DNA of 64,000 nucleotides from Zygnema circumcarinatum SAG 698-1b (taxonomy: Eukaryota; Plantae; Zygnematophyceae), in NCBI GenBank assembly GCA_037447605.1, contig CM074806.1, positions 2,108,001-2,172,000 of the forward strand, written 5' to 3'. Within the stretch, counting starts at the first letter, position 1, and each line of letters begins with the position of its first letter. A program made the translations under genes and the position numbers. Below the pieces are notes generated by a model that had not been told where the DNA came from, made no database searches, and saw only the letters and a program-made list of their open reading frames with translations. This document shows positions 1 through 11,670 of this stretch, one piece after another.

Positions 1-210
1 AAGATTTTAGAGGGGGACGAGAATGTGGGTAGTTCGGAGGTTCGCATTGGCAGCAAGCGTCAATGTAAATAGCATTTTTTTCCTTCTTTTTTAAGGCCCT
101 GTGGTTAGTTTTTTCTGCCCAGCAGCATAGGGAGGCTTATTCTTTGCCGCGTATGTGCGTCGGAGGAATTTTGAAGTGACCAAAAAAAAAAAGTTGTGGC
201 TTTCAGCATT

Positions 211-577
211 AGCCAGCCGATGTTGCAGTCGTTGGCAATGGTTGGGTGGGGCGGGAACCAATGGTCCAATGGTTGCAATCATTCGCAATGGTTGGGTAGG
301 GCAGAAATCAATGGTCCAATGGTTGCAGTCATTGGCAATGGTTGGTTGGGAAGCCAGCCATTGCTTGCAACCATTGGCAATGATTGGGTGGGGCGGGAAT
401 CAATGGTCCAATGGTTGCAGTTATTTGCAATGGTTGGCTGGGTAGCCAGCCAATGGTTTCAACCATTGGCAATGATTGGGTGGGGCGAGAATCAATGTTC
501 CAATGGTTGCAATTTTTGGCAATGGTTGGCTGGATAGCCAGGCAATTGGTGCAACCATTGGCAATGGTTGGGTGGGC
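211..577 (+). repeat. CCAATGG palindromic minisatellite array 1 (alternating ~50-bp and ~42-bp subunits, ~92-bp period)
   Basis: Repeated CCAATGGTTGCAACCATTGGCAATGRTTGGGTGGGGCGGGAATCAATGGT / CCAATGGTTGCAGTCATTGGCAATGGTTGGCTGGGTAGCCAG. The six-frame track shows the same three peptides rotating through frames, as expected for a period not divisible by 3. Confidence 0.95.
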
Positions 578-1094
578 AAGCAATATATCGCATTTTTACA
601 CCGGGATATATCGGGCGGTATAATATCGCGATACATCCAATACTTCCATACCGCTTTATCTCGCGTAAGTTCCAGAATCGCCTCCTCCGCCAAGCTGCCT
701 CCAAATCGAAAAATTTAAACTAACGTGGCGCCTACTCATTGGTCGCGGTGCGAAAACTCTCTATCTCTACCCCCGCCTCCGTGCGCTTACCGCGTCCCGC
801 ACCACGGTGTGCCCACCATCGCTGGACGCGCTTTGATTGGCTGCGCGTGACTTCGGATCTCCGTCTTCGTGGCGCGTCTAGCGACTGTCACGTCACGCCC
901 CTGAATTCGAGCACGTATTGATGTTTGCAGTCGGCCCGCAGGTGCGAGTTCGTCTGTGTGCGCCGCGTGGCGACTGTGGTCCCATCGAGGCAAAATCTTC
1001 TTATGCGTCGACCGTCGTTGGCCGTTGGAGGATTCCACACCGTCCGATTAGCCGTTAAGAAAAGCACTGCTGATGTCAGCCGTCCGTCCGTTGG

Positions 1095-1405
1095 GAAGCC
1101 AGCCAATGGTTGCAACAATTGGCAATGATTGAGTGGGGCGGGAATCAGTGGTCCAATGGTTGCAGTCATTGGCAATGATTGCGTGGGGCGGGAATCAATG
1201 GTCCAATGGTTGCGGCCATTGGCAATGGTTGGCTGGCTAGCCAGCCAATGGTTGCAATCATCAGATCCAATGGTTGCGTAGGGCGGGAATCAATGGTCCA
1301 ATGGTTGCAGTCATTGGCAATGGTTGGTTGGGTAGCCAGCCAATGGTTGCAACCAATGGCAATGCTTCGGTGGGCGGGAATCAATGGTCCAATGGTTGCA
1401 GTTCC
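1095..1405 (+). repeat. CCAATGG minisatellite array 2
   Basis: Same subunits and orientation as array 1. Confidence 0.95.
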
Positions 1406-1797
1406 ATTTCACAGAATGTGCTGAGAACAGAGGTAGAGGCTTGCTGGTTGCTTTTGAAACCCCTGCTGCGAACCTTCCCTTTGATAAGCAACAGTGTGGA
1501 AAAGCTGAGGCCAAGAAGATAAGAAGACGATGTTCAGCAGCTGCTGTACCGAGGGATGAGGAACTGCGATCCATGAGAGCTAGCACTATCCGCTGGTCTG
1601 CTGAAGAGTCCCTGTCAGTTGAAGCATAGTAATGCGCTTCAAGGTCAGCCATGGCCACCGCCGCGTGCTCTCCGAGCTGCTCCAGGCTCCTCCCTACATC
1701 CTCCGTGTGTTCCTCGAACTGAGAGCTGCGTTCTGCAATGGCGGCGTTCAAAGAGGCGAAATCGGCAAAAAGTGGAGTTGGGCTATGGCTATTGCAG

Positions 1798-3588
1798 AGC
1801 TCCTGCGAGAAAACAAGCGCATGCTGGATCGCTCCATTCGGGACATCGAGCGGGAGAGGCAGCAGTTGCAGGCACAGGAGAAGAAACTGATCGCAGAAAT
1901 TAAGAAGACTGCAAAGCAGGGGCAGATGGTGGGCCCTTCGCTTTCCTGTCGCTCCCTCGAGCCATTTGTTCAGCCGTGCGTGCATCATGACGAAGTGCAG
2001 GGTTCATCATCTTAATTTATATGCCTTCCTTCGTTTTTAGTTTTGAATGAAGCGTATTGTTTGCATTCATTCATTGTCAAATGTCGATGCTGTGTACGCA
2101 AAATATGCATGTGAATATTTATTCTTTATCGAATGGATAGAGGTCGGTTTTGCCGCCTGCTTTCTGCAGAAGCGTTTCGCTTGCCTAGTTGGATAGTTGT
2201 TCTGCACTTAACATGACTAGTTTTGCCACTTTGTGTTTCAACTTACGTCGAAATTCTTATTTTTCTCCCACTGTTTGCTCAGAAAACTCGACTCTGTAAA
2301 GGCGTCTGTGCTTTCCATATTAATGCTCTGGCAGGGAGACCGGCTTGCAGGGAGCTGTGAGGGTGAACAAGGCACCAAATAACAAAGTTTTATGGGCTGA
2401 AGTCTCAGCTGCAGGGCATTCCATTAAGAATACAGGTAAGAAGGCAGCTTTTTATCCAATACTCCACATCCATTTTAGGTGCATTTTGGTTAAGCAAAAG
2501 CTTGAGCCTCTCAGGCAAGAACTAGAAGTGGATCAGCTCTAACCTGATGAGACGTTTTTGCATTTGAAGGGCGTGTTCTGCCAGCTGTTGAAAGTTTTGT
2601 GTTTGTGTACAGACTCTGAAGTCGACACAGGCCATGGCGGAAGCCATGAGGGGAGTCACGAAGGCCATGGGCCAAATGAACAAGCAGCTCAACCTGCTCG
2701 CCCTCCAAAAGATAATGCAGGAGTTTGAGCGTCAGAATGAGAAGATGGAAATGACTTCGGAAATGATGGGGGATGCCGTTGATGATGCCTTGGAAGGAGA
2801 CGAGGAAGAGGAGGAAACGGAGGAGCTCGTGAATCAAGTTTTTGATGAAATTGGAATTGATTTGGATCAGCAGGTTCGTGCTCTTTTCTTTGGAATACGA
2901 TATCTTGTCAATTGCTCAATATGTTATAAAAATTCAAGGGTTGGACGCTCGATCAAATTACCTGATCCATGTCATTGGTTGAAGTTGCTGCGAGTCCCCA
3001 TGAATTCAGCTCATGCCGTTGTTAGTGCAAAAAGTTGGGTCAGTTAGGTCCATCAGCAGGCTCGGATTGACTTCAAATTCACTTACTCTCTCCCAATGCA
3101 AAGACCATTCCTTCTATATAAAAGGCACATACACTTAATTATCGAAAGCACTCACCTACATGTATGGTCTAGTAAAGCAGAAGGTCATATTGCTGTTCAG
3201 TAGATGCGGTAAGGCACATTCGTCTGTATATAGTCTAAGCGGGGGGGGGAGATGGGAAGGGAGGAAGAGAGAGAGGGATTCCTGGGATTCCACTTTTCCT
3301 TCTCCCCACCCTTCTTCCAGATGCATGCGGCCTGTCTCCCATGCTGCCAATCTCCATTAGCAAGCCCCTGAATCTCTTACTGACGGGAATTTAAACATTT
3401 TTCTGCCTTGCCCCTCCTTCCGCAGCTTGTGAACGCTCCTGCGGTTGCCGCCCAGCCCCAGGTGCAGGCCACAGCCGCCAAAGTTGCTCAGCCGGCGGGA
3501 GCAGGGAGGGGGAGGAGGCCCGCCCCCTGAAGGCGACGGCATAGACAGCAACTTGCAAGCTCGGCTGGACAACTTGAGGCGGCTGTAA
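1798..3588 (+). pseudogene. VPS2: VPS2/CHMP2 (ESCRT-III) pseudogene or disrupted allele; recognisable exons 1798-1928, 2351-2435, 2613-2873, 3426-3588; first coding exon not found
   Basis: Peptides ELLRENKRMLDRSIRDIERERQQLQAQEKKLIAEIKKTAKQGQM, TLKSTQAMAEAMRGVTKAMGQMN...EFERQNEKMEM and terminal GIDSNLQARLDNLRRL*. The 2351-2435 exon is 85 nt: the MAKDLIR segment is reduced to one base (GTG A ACA AGG), which shifts the frame. A second shift lies in the G-rich stretch near 3504-3518. Confidence 0.85.
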
Positions 3589-4069
3589 AGGCGCAATGTA
3601 CATATGTATGGCTAGTCGTGTGATGCTTAACGGGGAGTGATATTTTTTACGCTCATGGAGCACCTGATTATAGTCCTCGAATGACTGGGTACTGAGTGGT
3701 GGGGCCAACATAAGTAGGCTGTGTGGGAGGAGTTTTATGTTCTAGTGCAAACTTTTGTTTCAAGAGCTGTTGATTCTGTTTTCACGGTGGAGGGCGACCT
3801 TCCCTTCCCCACCCCCTCCATCCCTCTCTCCCTCTCCCACCACCTAGACAATCACTCTCGATGCAATACTGTCAGAGAAGGTGATGACAAGGTTACAAAG
3901 ACAAGTGCTGGCGATTCAGCCAACCAACTGCTAATCATTTCTATCACCTCAGTGCAGTGATGATGCAAGTAGACCAATGCGCTTGCCAACAGGCCATGTA
4001 GATTGAAAAGCCCATGTTTCAAAAGATTCCGCCCGCAAGAAGCTGTTGAGGTCCGTTGGTTATCGACCG

Positions 4070-4278
4070 ACCAACCATGCCAACGGTTTCAGTCATTGGC
4101 AATGGCTGGCTTGGTAGCCAGCCAATGGTTGCGACCATTGGCAATGGTTGGGTGGGGCGGGAATCAATTGGTCCAATGGTTGCATTCATTGGCAACTTTT
4201 GGCTGTGTAGCCAGACCAATGGTTGCAACCGTTGGCAATGGTTGGGTGGGTAGCCAGCCAATGGTTGCCACCATTGAG
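4070..4278 (+). repeat. CCAATGG minisatellite array 3, followed by a GA-rich tract to ~4365
   Basis: Same subunits. It ends ...CCATTGAGAGGG, exactly like the array end at ~7281-7293. Confidence 0.92.
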
Positions 4279-4724
4279 AGGGTGTAACAAAGGGAGAGGG
4301 GGAGAGAGGGAAAGAGGAAGAGGGAGAGAGTGGAGGAGAGAGAAATAGAGGGAGAAAGGGGGAAATGGTAAATTCTAAATTCAGCAAATTCTACACGCAA
4401 CAGCAGCAGAAACATACCAACATAGTACTGCGAAAAACAGGTATAGAGAGAGTCATACAATCAAAAAGACCTTTTTTTCATCATAAAGGACAACCTTTTA
4501 AGGCAACAAAATTTCAGCTCACAATTTCTGACACAGTTATTCTGCTACATGGATTCAAGGACTGTGGACCGCTACAAAAGCGTGACAATTGTCACCTTGT
4601 GCTTCAATACGAAACAAAAACCATGCATCATGCAAGAGATGCTTTTGTAAGGGGCCACACTTCTCTCCAACCAAAAAAAAAATTGCCTTATTGCCTCTTA
4701 CTCTATTTTTACAACCTGTCTCAA

Positions 4725-5706
4725 TCAAGGACACAGAGGACACTTGAAGCCCTGGCCATCCTCAGATGGCAAAAAAACTCCTCTGGGATCAGTCCACATC
4801 GGATGGAGAGGCTTCACTTGCAGCGATTTGTCCAAGCGGGCAAGTGACTCACGCAGAAGAGCCGATTCACGCTCCAAGGCCGCATTGCTCGCTTTGATAT
4901 CCCAACCGCTGTTCAGCCTTTCATGGATGGTAACCAAATCTTGGAGGTCGCTTTCCAGCTTCCTTTTCCAAGAAGAGGAGCTCTGCAAATTTCTTCCCAC
5001 TCCCATTTTCCCTTCCCCGGGACCATTGCGGCGGCGGCTGTACTGCGGCTCACTGAATGCATTTTGGCTTGCACTAAAAACTGGCGAGGAGTCGCGGAAC
5101 AGAGGCCGCCTCGCACTGAATAGCGGCTCAAGCTCATCATAGAGCGGCGCCTTCAAGTTCGGGTAATCTGAGGACTTGGCATAATAATTCTTCGACTCAC
5201 GGACAATGGGATATGTCTTCAGAGTCTGGGGAAGCTGTATTGCAAACAAGAGATCAGCAAACGCCAAATCAGTCAAGCGTATGCATACAAACCTTCAAAA
5301 GCCCATACAAAAGCAAGCAGCACCAACGCAAAAAGCACTTTCCGATGCTAACAACCCTTAAAACAAAAAGCTTGAAATCTTTGAAAGGTGCAGCAAGTCA
5401 TACCCGACGAGGATTCGCTAACTCCTTGGCGAACTCCTCATGCAACCAGTCCACAGCGAAAAGGTAGGCCTTTCCGAGTTCCGTGGCGCCCACAAGCAGC
5501 CACGCCCAAAAGCTGTATCCAAGCACTGCCATGGCAGCCAGCGCATGCCAGGAGACGGTGCAAAAAACGAAAAAAAGGTCTTCCAGGTGCGGGCGGGCGG
5601 CTGCAGCAGCCTTCAGCCCGCCGCCCAACGCCGCTGCGAGCAGCTGCATCACCTGAAGCCAGAAGAGGCAGAAAGCTGCCGCCTTGGCAGCACCTCGCAC
5701 GGCCAT
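4725..5706 (-). CDS. Putative two-exon gene of unknown function (~270 aa; exons 5706-5404 and 5234-4725)
   Basis: Two open frames are joined in phase 0 by a 169-nt GT(ATGA)...TACAG intron. The N-terminal part is hydrophobic. The C-terminal part contains YAK...PLYDELEPLF, a coiled-coil-like stretch and a terminal FKCPLCP*. No family was confidently recognised. Confidence 0.35.
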
Positions 5707-5715
5707 GGATGAGTA

Positions 5716-7287
5716 GGAGGAGAGAGAGAGCGAGAGAGAGAGAGAGAGCGAGAGAAGAGAGAGAGGGAGAGTGCGCGAGAGAGCGAGAGAGAGCGAGAGA
5801 AGAGAGAGAGGGAGAGTGGGCGAGAGAGCGAGAGAGAGCGGGTGGTCGGTGAGGGAGGGAGGGAGGGAGGGAGACATGACAGCCCGGGCCGCGGGGCGAG
5901 GCCTTGGGGAGGGACCCGGGCAGACCAAACCTATTACAGGCTGCCCCTTACGCGAGGTAAGCGTCCGCGATTGGGCGAGCGTCGGCCGGGCAGCTCAAGT
6001 TTGGCAGCGAGCAGCCCGGACGACAAAGGGGTGGCCCAAAATGGCCGGCCGCGCGCCTACCTCATCTCCCCTGTGGATCAGACTGTACGGACGTACAGGT
6101 GGCGCCACCGCCGTGGGGGAATGCTGCCGTACGGTGCGCGCGACGTGACGGGACGCGCCGTAGGGGGGCTGCCCCTGATCGGAATCACGGCGACAGAGGA
6201 CCAGAAAGAATTTCAGCTGCCCGGCTGCCGCTCGCCCAATCGCGGACGATTGATTCGCTGGGAAGGCAGAATAAACCATTTGAATGATGCCCGGCACCAA
6301 ACTTGAGATGCCCGGCCGACGCCCAGTCGCGGACGTTTGCTTCGAGGACTGGGCAGCAGAAAACAGTTAAGGGCTGCCCAGAACCAAACCTTCAGCTGCC
6401 CGGACGACGCACGCCCAATCGCGGACGTTTGCTTCACGGTTGGGGCAGCCAAAACCATTTCCGATCTGCCCGTGGACAGACTTCAGCTGCCCGGCCGACG
6501 CTAGCCCAATCGCGGACGTCCGCGAAGGGTAGCCGAAAACATTCCGGGCCAAGGGCTGGACGGACGACCATGGGTTGGATCAACCATTGAAATGGTCGCG
6601 ATTTGCAAACCGTTGGTTCCGAATCTAGCCAACATTGGATCCAATGGTTGGGTGGGGCGGGAATAAATGGTCCAATGGTTGCAGACATTGGCAATGGTTG
6701 GCTGGATAGCCAGCCAATGGTTACAACCATTGGATCCAATGGTGGGGTGGGGCGGGAATCAATGGTCGAATGGTTGCAGTTATTGGCAATGGTTGGCTGC
6801 GTAATCAGCCAATGGTTGCAACCATTGGCAATGATTGGGTGGGGCGGGAATCAATTGTCCAACGGTTGCAGTGATTGGCAATGGTTGACTGGATAGCCAG
6901 CCAATGGTTGCAACCATTGGCAATGGTTGGGTGAAGCGGGAATCAATAGTCCAATGGTTGAAGTTACTTGCAATGGTTGGCTGGGAAGCTAGCCAATGGT
7001 TGTAGCCATTGACAATGATTGGGTGGGACGGGAATCAATGGTCCAATAGTTGCAGACATTGGCAATGGTTGGCTGAATATCCAGCCAATGGTTGTCAGCA
7101 TTAGCAATGGTTGGGTGGCGCGGGAATCAATGGTCCAATGGTTGCAGTTATTGGCAATGGTTGGCTGGGTAGCCAGCCAATGGTTGCAACCATTGGCAAT
7201 GGTTGGGTGGAGCGGGAATCAATAGTCCAATGGTTGCAGTTATTGGCAATGGGTTGCTGGGAAGCCAGCCAATGGTTGCAACCATTG
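5716..7287 (+). repeat. Composite repeat unit 1: (GA)n tract + ~730-bp GC-rich block with CAGCTGCCCGGCCGACGCTCGCCCAATCGCGGACG subrepeats + CCAATGG array 4 (~6570-7287)
   Basis: Directly repeated at 7288-8630: CGGGTGGTCGGTGAGGGAGG occurs at 5839 and 7333, and GGGCTGGACGGACGACC at ~6552 and ~8035. Confidence 0.92.
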
Positions 7288-8630
7288 AGAGGGGGGAAAA
7301 GGGAGAGAGCGAGAGAAGAGAGAGAGAGAGCGCGGGTGGTCGGTGAGGGAGGGAGGGAGACATGGATGCCCGGGCCGCGGGGCGAGGCCTTGGGGAGGGA
7401 CCCGGGCAGCCCAAACGTATGACAGGCTGCCCTCTACGCGAGGCAAGCGTCCGCGATTGGGCGAGCGTCGGCAGGGCAGGGCAGCGAGCTGCCCGGACGA
7501 CAAAGGGGTGGCCCAAAATAGCCGGCCGCGCGCCTACCTCATCTCCCCTGTGGATCAGACTGTACGGACGTACAGGTGGCGCCACCGCCGTGGGGGAATG
7601 CTGCCGTACGGTGCGCGCGACGTGACGGGACGCGCCGTAGGGGGGCTGCCCCTGATCGGAATCGCGGCGACGGAGGACCAGAAAGAATTTCAGCTGCCCG
7701 GCCGCCTCTCGCCCAATCGCGGACGATTAATTTCGCTGGTGGAGCAGAATATACCATTTGAAAGCTGCCCGGAGCCAAACTTGAGCTGCCCGACCGACGC
7801 TCACCCAATCGCGGACGTTTGCTTCGAGGACTGGGCAGCGGAAAACAGTTTAGGGCTGCCCAGAACCAAACTTTCAGCTGCCCGGACGACGCACGCCCAA
7901 TCGCGGACGTTTGCTTCACTGTTGCGGCAGCCAAAACCATTTCCGATCTGCCCGTGGCCAGACTTCAGCTGCCCGGCCCACGCTCGCCCAATCGCGGACG
8001 TCCGCGAAGGGTAGCCGAAAACATTCCGGGCCAAGGGCTGGACGGACGACCATGGTTTGGATCAACCATTGAAATGGTCGCGATTTGCAAACCGTTGGTT
8101 CCGGATCTAGCCAACCATTGGATCCAATGGTTGGGTGGGGCGGGAATAAATGGTCCAATGGTTGCAGTCATTGGCAATGGTTGGCTGGATAGCGAGCCAA
8201 TGGTTACAAACATTGGATCCAATTGTTGGGTGGGGCGGGAATCAATGGTCGAATGGTTGCAGTTATTGGCAATGGTTGGCTGGGTAGCTAGCCAATGGTT
8301 GCAACCATTGGCAATGATTGGATGGGGCGGGAATCAATGGTCCAATGGTTGCAGTGATTGGCAATGGTTGGCTGGGTAGCCAGCCAATGGTTGTAACCAA
8401 TGGCAATGCTTCGGTGGGGAGGGAATCAATGGTCCAATGGTTGCAGTTATTGGCAATGGTTGGCTGGGAAGCCAGCCAATGGTTGCAACCATTGGCAATG
8501 ATTGGGTGGGGCGGGAATCAATGGTACAATGGTTGCAGTCATTGGCAATGGTTGGCTGGGTAGCCAGCCAATGGTTGCAACCATTGGGAATGATTGGGTG
8601 GGGCGGGAATCAATGGTCCAATCGTTGCCC
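7288..8630 (+). repeat. Composite repeat unit 2 (tandem copy of 5716-7287) including CCAATGG array 5 (~8050-8625)
   Basis: Colinear, slightly diverged copy of unit 1 with a period of about 1.49 kb. Confidence 0.92.
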
Positions 8631-9963
8631 CCCCTCCCCCCCCCCTCTTCCATTTAAACTGTATTTTTATTTCCTCTCGTTTGTCTCTGTGGGGCGGCAG
8701 GTTATTCTCCTTGACGAGATGCTGAAGCTCCGGTCACGTCGCTCCTCTGGTAGCAAGTCCCGCCTGCTTGCCAATGTTGGTTCCAGCATCCCCGGGGGGG
8801 AGGAGGGCAATCAACTTAAAGATAAAACTAAATTTAAATTAATTTTATTCCTTATGATTCATTAAACCTAAAACGAAAAAAGTTAGTGTTCTACCTTAGT
8901 TTTGGAGCACTCTCTCTCTCCTTTTTAAACCGATGCTCATTAGAACATATTAAGGTTCTTTCAACTCCTCCCCTTCATTCCTAATAACTTCGAAGACAAG
9001 ACGACACAAGCAAGTTGAATAGAGAAGTTTAGAACCTGGTTCTGGTATTTCCCCATGCGCTGGGACCACAGAAGAGAGAGGGTAGGAATGCCCAAATAAT
9101 TGTTCGGACCAGCAGAGTACACCAGAATCCTATATTACATAACCCCTTGCGAATAAAAAAGAAATAATAATTCAATAAAATAAACATAAAGACATATCCA
9201 ATCATCCAACAATCAATCAGAATTGGAATTCTACTCCCAGCAGGATCGCAATGGGCAGATCATGTTCCAGTTTTGAGGCCATATCATTTTTAGGCCGAAG
9301 TAACGTGTCCTTTGGGCTCACACAGTGTTGGCAGACACGAAAACTGCTAATGGCACATCCAACAAAAGGTCAGCCTCGAAAAAAAAAACCCCAAGAGAAT
9401 GCCGCAACACGTGGTAATCTCTAATCTATACCACCAGTGGCACAAACCATCGGCAGTAACCACCACACGATCAGAACCATAAGCCAGACTAATAATGTTC
9501 CAGGAAAACTCATGCCAAATGTTGGAATAGTATGGTGGGTGCGATTGTACCGTTACAGAACACTGCTCTGCAACCTAACGATAACTCTGCATCACGTAAT
9601 GAAGTGAATGCCTAATGAATGTCTTCATAAAGTTGCTCATAGCCTCCGAGAATAATTCTGGAGGGTGCCAAATGCTAGCAGCATGATGCACTCCGAGTCA
9701 AATCTGCATATTACAATGTGGAGGCTGCACAAGAAACACAGTAGTGAGTTCAGTCAATGTTCTCACTTTCACGCCTCCCCTGGATAAAAAATGCTAGAAT
9801 GTCAACCTTCACTATTCAAAAGTAACCGTGGTTCCTATCCGTTGAGCAAAGCAAGCTAAAGATGTAGGCCCTACAGCAAAACTTGTTGAGGATCACCATT
9901 TCTAAACAAAGTCATACGAATATAGTGATTGATAGGGAAGACAAAGAAAGGAATGTGTATTAC

Positions 9964-11670
9964 CTGTGGCCGAGTTTTTCTTGCACTCGCTGAGCATATC
10001 CACATAAAACTGGCACTTGGATATGTCATTAGTATTCTGCTGAACACACTGCATACCGAGCCATCCACAATTTCATTGTGAGCATGGAAACGAAAAAAAC
10101 TCAAATCCAATCATGCAGTTCTTACGGGACAAGTCAGATTGCCATGCTAAAGAAAGTCCTCATCTGAGCTAATTTTAACCCCACCAAATGGAAGAACACA
10201 AATCGACATTCTCAATTCGGAAATGGGATAGGGTGTAAGAAACCGGGAAAGCAAACCAGGAATCCAGACTGGCAAACCTGCAAAGAACTGACGGTAACAT
10301 AAGCTATGCCCAGAATGAGAAGGTTGAAATAAGATGAATAGAAATGTCCTTACGTCTTGGAAAGCCTTAGATTGCCAGGTGCAGGCATCCTGGGGAGGAG
10401 CCCCAGCAGAAGGGGCAGCCGCCACGGCTGGGGACTCCTGAGCGCCATTGTGCTCATGAACAACAGTGCGAGGTCCCATCACAGCATCCACAGCTCTGTG
10501 GGCAACAGCACTCCCAGTTCCAAAAGCCAGGCCTGCCAAAGGAAGGAACCATCCACCCCCACTTCGATGTCACCAGTATTCTACATGACTGCACACCAAA
10601 ACTAGCAAAGGGTAGATATTGCAACAAAAGCTTGCTGAACATCCCTGGCTAAAATACAGAACATGTGTCATTTCTCAATTGGAAACATTGCTGTCAATCA
10701 TATCAAGGATGAAAAGCAGAGCATACAAAAAATAAATACTCAGCAATATACACAAACCATGAGGATTGATCACAACAACGCTCTACAATAATACTCAACA
10801 ATACTCAAGAATGTTTGCTATCCTTGATGATAAAGATTCAGATTGTACCTTGTCCAATCATGCCCATCATGCCTCCAACAATGCCTGGTCCAGACGGCTG
10901 TGAAGCTGCTGCCGGAGGGTGCGAGTTCTGGCTAGCTGAAGAAAAAAACAAGTAAAACGACATGTTACACAAAATCCACTCAAATTGAGGATCAACAAAG
11001 CCCTAATGGTGTGATTCGCAATAGGTGAAACGCAACAGAGAACTGCTCAAATAAGGACCAAACGATTTTCCCAACTAAGTTGCTGCTAAACGTAACCAAC
11101 ACCATTCAACATAAGCAAACGTGAAGGAAATTATCCACTTGCAGCACAATAACAACTCCAACTGCAATTATACAGGCGCGAAGAAAATCGACGAGACGCT
11201 AGGACATAAATATGGAAAAAGCAAAAACTCACTCTGCATCGGAGGAGGTGCAGACTGCACTGGGCGGGCCGCTGGCCTGGGAGCGGCCCGGGGTGGCGGG
11301 GCTGCAGCTTGCAACTCAAAACCTCAAATCAGATCAGAACAATATGCTCTACTGCCCTCACTAATATACACAGGTTATGCACCACCCAGCTGCAAGAGAA
11401 AAAGTCCCATAAGAGTAATCTGCACACTCTCATAGTAATCTATCAGACAAAAAAATATGAAGAAACCGGACAAATGGAGCCTTTCCTCAGTTACTTTTCT
11501 AACGGTGGCACAGAAAACTCGCGGCAAATCCCCAAAGACTGCAAATAATCACCAAAACTTAACAAAAGCCTGCCAACCGATGCCATACTATGTGCAATTC
11601 AAAATCTCCCAAGCTGAGTTTAAAGCGCATAGACAAGCTCACCAGAGCGGCGGCTGCTGCTGCGAGGCAT
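9964..11670 (-). CDS. CHCH-domain twin-CX9C mitochondrial protein (CHCHD2/10, Mix17, 12Cys-like); exons 11670-11643, 11301-11233, 10935-10849, 10532-10354, 10048-9964, plus an uncertain short terminal exon starting near 9870
   Basis: Spliced product MPRSSSRRS...APPPRAAPRPAA...GIVGGMMGMIGQGLAFGTGSAVAHRAVDAVMGPRTVVHEH...ACTWQSKAFQDCVQQNTNDISKCQFYVDMLSECKK. It has CX9C-X9-CX9C spacing, and all junctions are GT-AG and in phase. Confidence 0.92.

Noticed and set aside
211-8630. CCAATGG arrays as a CRISPR-like array
   Set aside because: The sequences between the palindromes are themselves repeated in a fixed alternation rather than unique spacers. No cas-like genes are present and the context is eukaryotic.
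155-8653. Many W/G/N-rich ORFs (MVQWLQSLAMVGW..., GNQWSNGC...) as a repeat protein
   Set aside because: They are translations of a 92-bp repeat that rotates through all frames on both strands, with no frame preference.
8701-8865. Orphan exon-like frame VILLDEMLKLRSRRSSGSKSRLL after a GCAG
   Set aside because: No upstream partner exon or recognisable homology; too short to support.
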